A DNA stretch of 32,000 nt from positions 1-32,000 of the forward strand of contig JAZDEL010000008.1 of the NCBI GenBank assembly GCA_043808785.1, in the 5' to 3' direction. This stretch comes from Candidatus Iainarchaeum sp. GTDB lineage: Archaea > Iainarchaeota > Iainarchaeia > Iainarchaeales > JAZDEL01. This document shows positions 30,570-32,000 of the stretch, in pieces. A program made the translations under genes and the position numbers. Under the pieces are notes generated by a model. The model did not search any database, was not told the origin of the DNA, and saw nothing but the letters and a program-made list of their open reading frames with translations. The number at the start of each line of letters is the position of its first letter. Within the stretch, counting starts at the first letter, position 1.

Positions 30570-30758
30570 TTTGTGTTGTTCGTTTGATTTTGTTTGGTTT
30601 ATTCTAATATAACCGAACGAATATTTAATTTTATGCAATAATGTTGCCGTTTTGTTCTGAAGTAATTTGCACGCTTGTTTGCTTTTGTTTGGGTTATTCT
30701 AATATAACCAAACATATATTTAATTTTATGCCACGAAGGAGATGTTTTGTTCTGAAAA
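30570..30758 (+). repeat. Tandem duplication (period 95 nt) of an A/T-rich promoter/operator-like module upstream of lrp
   Basis: Hand alignment: 30588-30636 vs 30683-30731 is 45/49 identical. A divergent segment follows, then 30649-30661 vs 30744-30756 is 13/13 identical. Copy 2 contains the dyad GGTTAT-tctaat-ATAACC (30692-30709), and copy 1 has it with one extra T. Confidence 0.8.
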
Positions 30759-30799
30759 ACCAAAGAAAACTATATTTATGCCGGTGCGGATATATGTGC

Positions 30800-30895
30800 A
30801 TGGGCAGGAAACCGCCTATGAAGGTTGCCAAGAAAGTTCCGATATTCGTCGGGAAGAAGCGGTATCTCGTGGACGTGCGCGAGGAGAACGGATAA
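30800..30895 (+). CDS. Candidate 31-aa basic micro-protein
   Basis: ATG 30800 (or 30794) lies about 22-30 nt downstream of CTATATTTA (30770-30778). Translation: MGRKPPMKVAKKVPIFVGKKRYLVDVREENG. The longer track ORF 30641..30895 starts inside the duplicated module and is not credible. Confidence 0.3.
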   Translation: MGRKPPMKVAKKVPIFVGKKRYLVDVREENG

Positions 30896-31261
30896 GAAAG
30901 GCGCGATGTCGCGTTAACCGCGGTTTTTGTTAGGCGCTTTTGTTGTGTTTTTATTTTGGCGGAAAAACTTTTTTAACCCGGAAAAAACAGGCGTGATTGC
31001 CGCGCCGGCGGCAATGCGGAAATGAAAATTAAACCGCGCGCGGATTACGGCATCCTGCGGATTTTTGGGGTTGCTTTCTTCCGGAGAAAGAACCGGTCAA
31101 GAATGTCCAACTGCGTCCTTGCGAGGTTCTCGGAAATAGAAGTACGCGATTTGCGCCTTAGCTTTATTTTAGGTCTTAAAGGCCTAACCAGATAAACCAC
31201 CACTAATTAAATACAACGACGCCGTGATATTTAATGGTTTGGGTTTGTTTTCTGCGAAGGC

Positions 31262-31732
31262 TTACCCCAGTTGGGCGGTGTATTCCGCTCTCGCTCCCCT
31301 CACAAGTTTCCTGGCTTTTTCAATGTCGCGGCTTTTCTTAGCTTCATCCAGTTCTCGCCTAAATGCGGCGGGCAAATTGCTGAAATCGATATCCCGCGAA
31401 TTAAATTTCTCCAGGAATTTTTTGCCGTCGCCGACAAGAAACCGTTCGACATTCCCAACATCCCGCAGTACCCTTAAACAACTTCCCCCCCCCGGCGCCC
31501 CTAGTTTCAGCTCCCGCGCTCGCTGTCTTAATTCACCCAGCTCTTCATTGCCGCCGTAATAAGGGTGGTGCCCGTAGTCAGGCACGTCATGCTCGGGAAA
31601 CTTGTCAGCGGGAAATGCGGCACTGAAGCGCGATTCGCGGTTTTCTGAAAAGGGGTAATCCGCGCCTTTCCCGCCGCCTCTTTCCTTTCTGTCGGTTTTT
31701 TTCGGCTTGCACCGTTTCGGGAGCCAGGGCAT
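31262..31732 (-). CDS. Hypothetical protein, 156 aa
   Basis: ORF 31262..31975 trimmed to ATG 31732 (MPWLPKR...), because upstream codons would overlap the AMMECR1 gene on the other strand. GGTG lies about 8 nt upstream, with a TATA-like ATATAAA at 31770-31776 (minus strand). Confidence 0.5.
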   Translation of the reverse strand: MPWLPKRCKPKKTDRKERGGGKGADYPFSENRESRFSAAFPADKFPEHDVPDYGHHPYYGGNEELGELRQRARELKLGAPGGGSCLRVLRDVGNVERFLVGDGKKFLEKFNSRDIDFSNLPAAFRRELDEAKKSRDIEKARKLVRGARAEYTAQLG

Positions 31733-31787
31733 TGGAACACCAGTAACAAAATAAAAGGGCGCCGCTGTATTTATATGTTTGGTTTGC

Positions 31788-32000
31788 ATGGCAAAAAACG
31801 GCTTCGCTTTGGAGGAGGGCGAACTCCTTGTACGCGCCGCGCGCAGGAGCATCGAGTATGCAATGGCTTCCGGCAGGGTTATGCGAGAGAGCGCACCGAA
31901 AAGCGCGTTCACTGAGGAGCGCGGCGTGTTCGTAACTCTGCACACTTTTCCCGCGCGGGAGCTGAGGGGATGCATAGGATACCCCGAACCCGTGAGGCCG
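31788..32000 (+). CDS. AMMECR1-family protein, N-terminal part (runs off the right edge)
   Basis: Translation from ATG 31788 is MAKNGFALEEGELLVRAARRSIEYAMASGRVMRESAPKSAFTEERGVFVTLHTFPARELRGCIGYPEPVRP. 'GVFVTL...LRGCIGY' is the AMMECR1 signature. The frame is open to the window end. Confidence 0.8.
   Translation, partial: MAKNGFALEEGELLVRAARRSIEYAMASGRVMRESAPKSAFTEERGVFVTLHTFPARELRGCIGYPEPVRP

Noticed and set aside
31022-31195. A 57-aa ORF (MKIKPRADYGILRIFGVAFFRRKNRSRMSNCVLARFSEIEVRDLRLSFILGLKGLTR) in the 30.9-31.26 kb gap
   Set aside because: There is no convincing SD or correctly spaced TATA and no recognisable motif. The region also contains hairpins (TTGCCGC-gccg-GCGGCAA, CTTTCT-tccgg-AGAAAG) compatible with non-coding function. 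The evidence is not strong enough to call a gene.
31733-31975. The long version of ORF 31262..31975, including an ATG at 31789 that shares the CATG (31787-31790) with the AMMECR1 start on the other strand
   Set aside because: It would require complete overlap with the well-supported AMMECR1 N-terminus and leave no promoter space. ATG 31732 with an upstream GGTG is more plausible.
1-32000. C/D-box sRNAs, SRP RNA, RNase P RNA, rRNA, transposases and integrases
   Set aside because: All TGATGA/CTGA combinations I found lie inside coding regions or lack the partner box. No GAGGAAAGTCC-type (RNase P), SRP-like or rRNA-like stretches were seen, and no DDE or tyrosine-recombinase motifs. A by-eye scan cannot exclude divergent RNAs, so an Infernal/Rfam search is needed.

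Overview
This reads as a compact archaeal chromosomal segment. GC is mid-50s % by hand counts in housekeeping genes. Start sites are of two kinds: ATGs about 25 nt downstream of TATA-like boxes (leaderless-type spacing) and GGAGGTGA-type SD sites. All domain calls are by eye from motifs; no search was possible. Recognisable housekeeping genes are a partial sepF-like gene (1-224, minus), mgtE, orc1/cdc6, a Hel308/Ski2-type helicase, a YfbR-like HD phosphohydrolase, NAC, a long FKBP-type PPIase, proteasome beta, aCPSF1 (KH + MBL/beta-CASP), a Fap7/AK6-type kinase, an Lrp/AsnC regulator and a partial AMMECR1. Between them lie many orphan genes and accessory modules. (i) A roughly 2-kb cassette (orphan 426-aa gene plus a DUF4258-like/ZnF-AbrB toxin-antitoxin pair) is bracketed by about 150-nt direct repeats, one of which carries a tRNA T-arm/acceptor-like fragment. 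(ii) Two PIN genes are each convergent with, and 3'-overlapping, an RHH or AbrB gene. (iii) A small gene cluster ends in a 213-aa protein with a caspase/gingipain-type His-Gly ... Ala-Cys signature, translationally coupled to two tiny ORFs. This is my best candidate for an undescribed system. (iv) A low-GC orphan gene sits between orc1 and hel308. (v) A surface-protein cluster includes a 1419-aa Ala/Ser/Leu-rich protein. The non-coding DNA is unusually structured. It contains an exact intergenic 12-mer (CATAACAAAAAC, three copies), a three-member intergenic repeat family ending in hairpin+T5+TATA, 23-nt tandem repeats upstream of mgtE, and dyads and direct repeats at the orc1 5' end. It also contains 16- and 20-bp perfect palindromes sharing a TCAATTGA core and a 95-bp tandem duplication of the lrp upstream region. 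I recognised no rRNA, canonical tRNA, CRISPR array, transposase or integrase. A small-genome (DPANN-like?) archaeal origin is only an inference from gene content.
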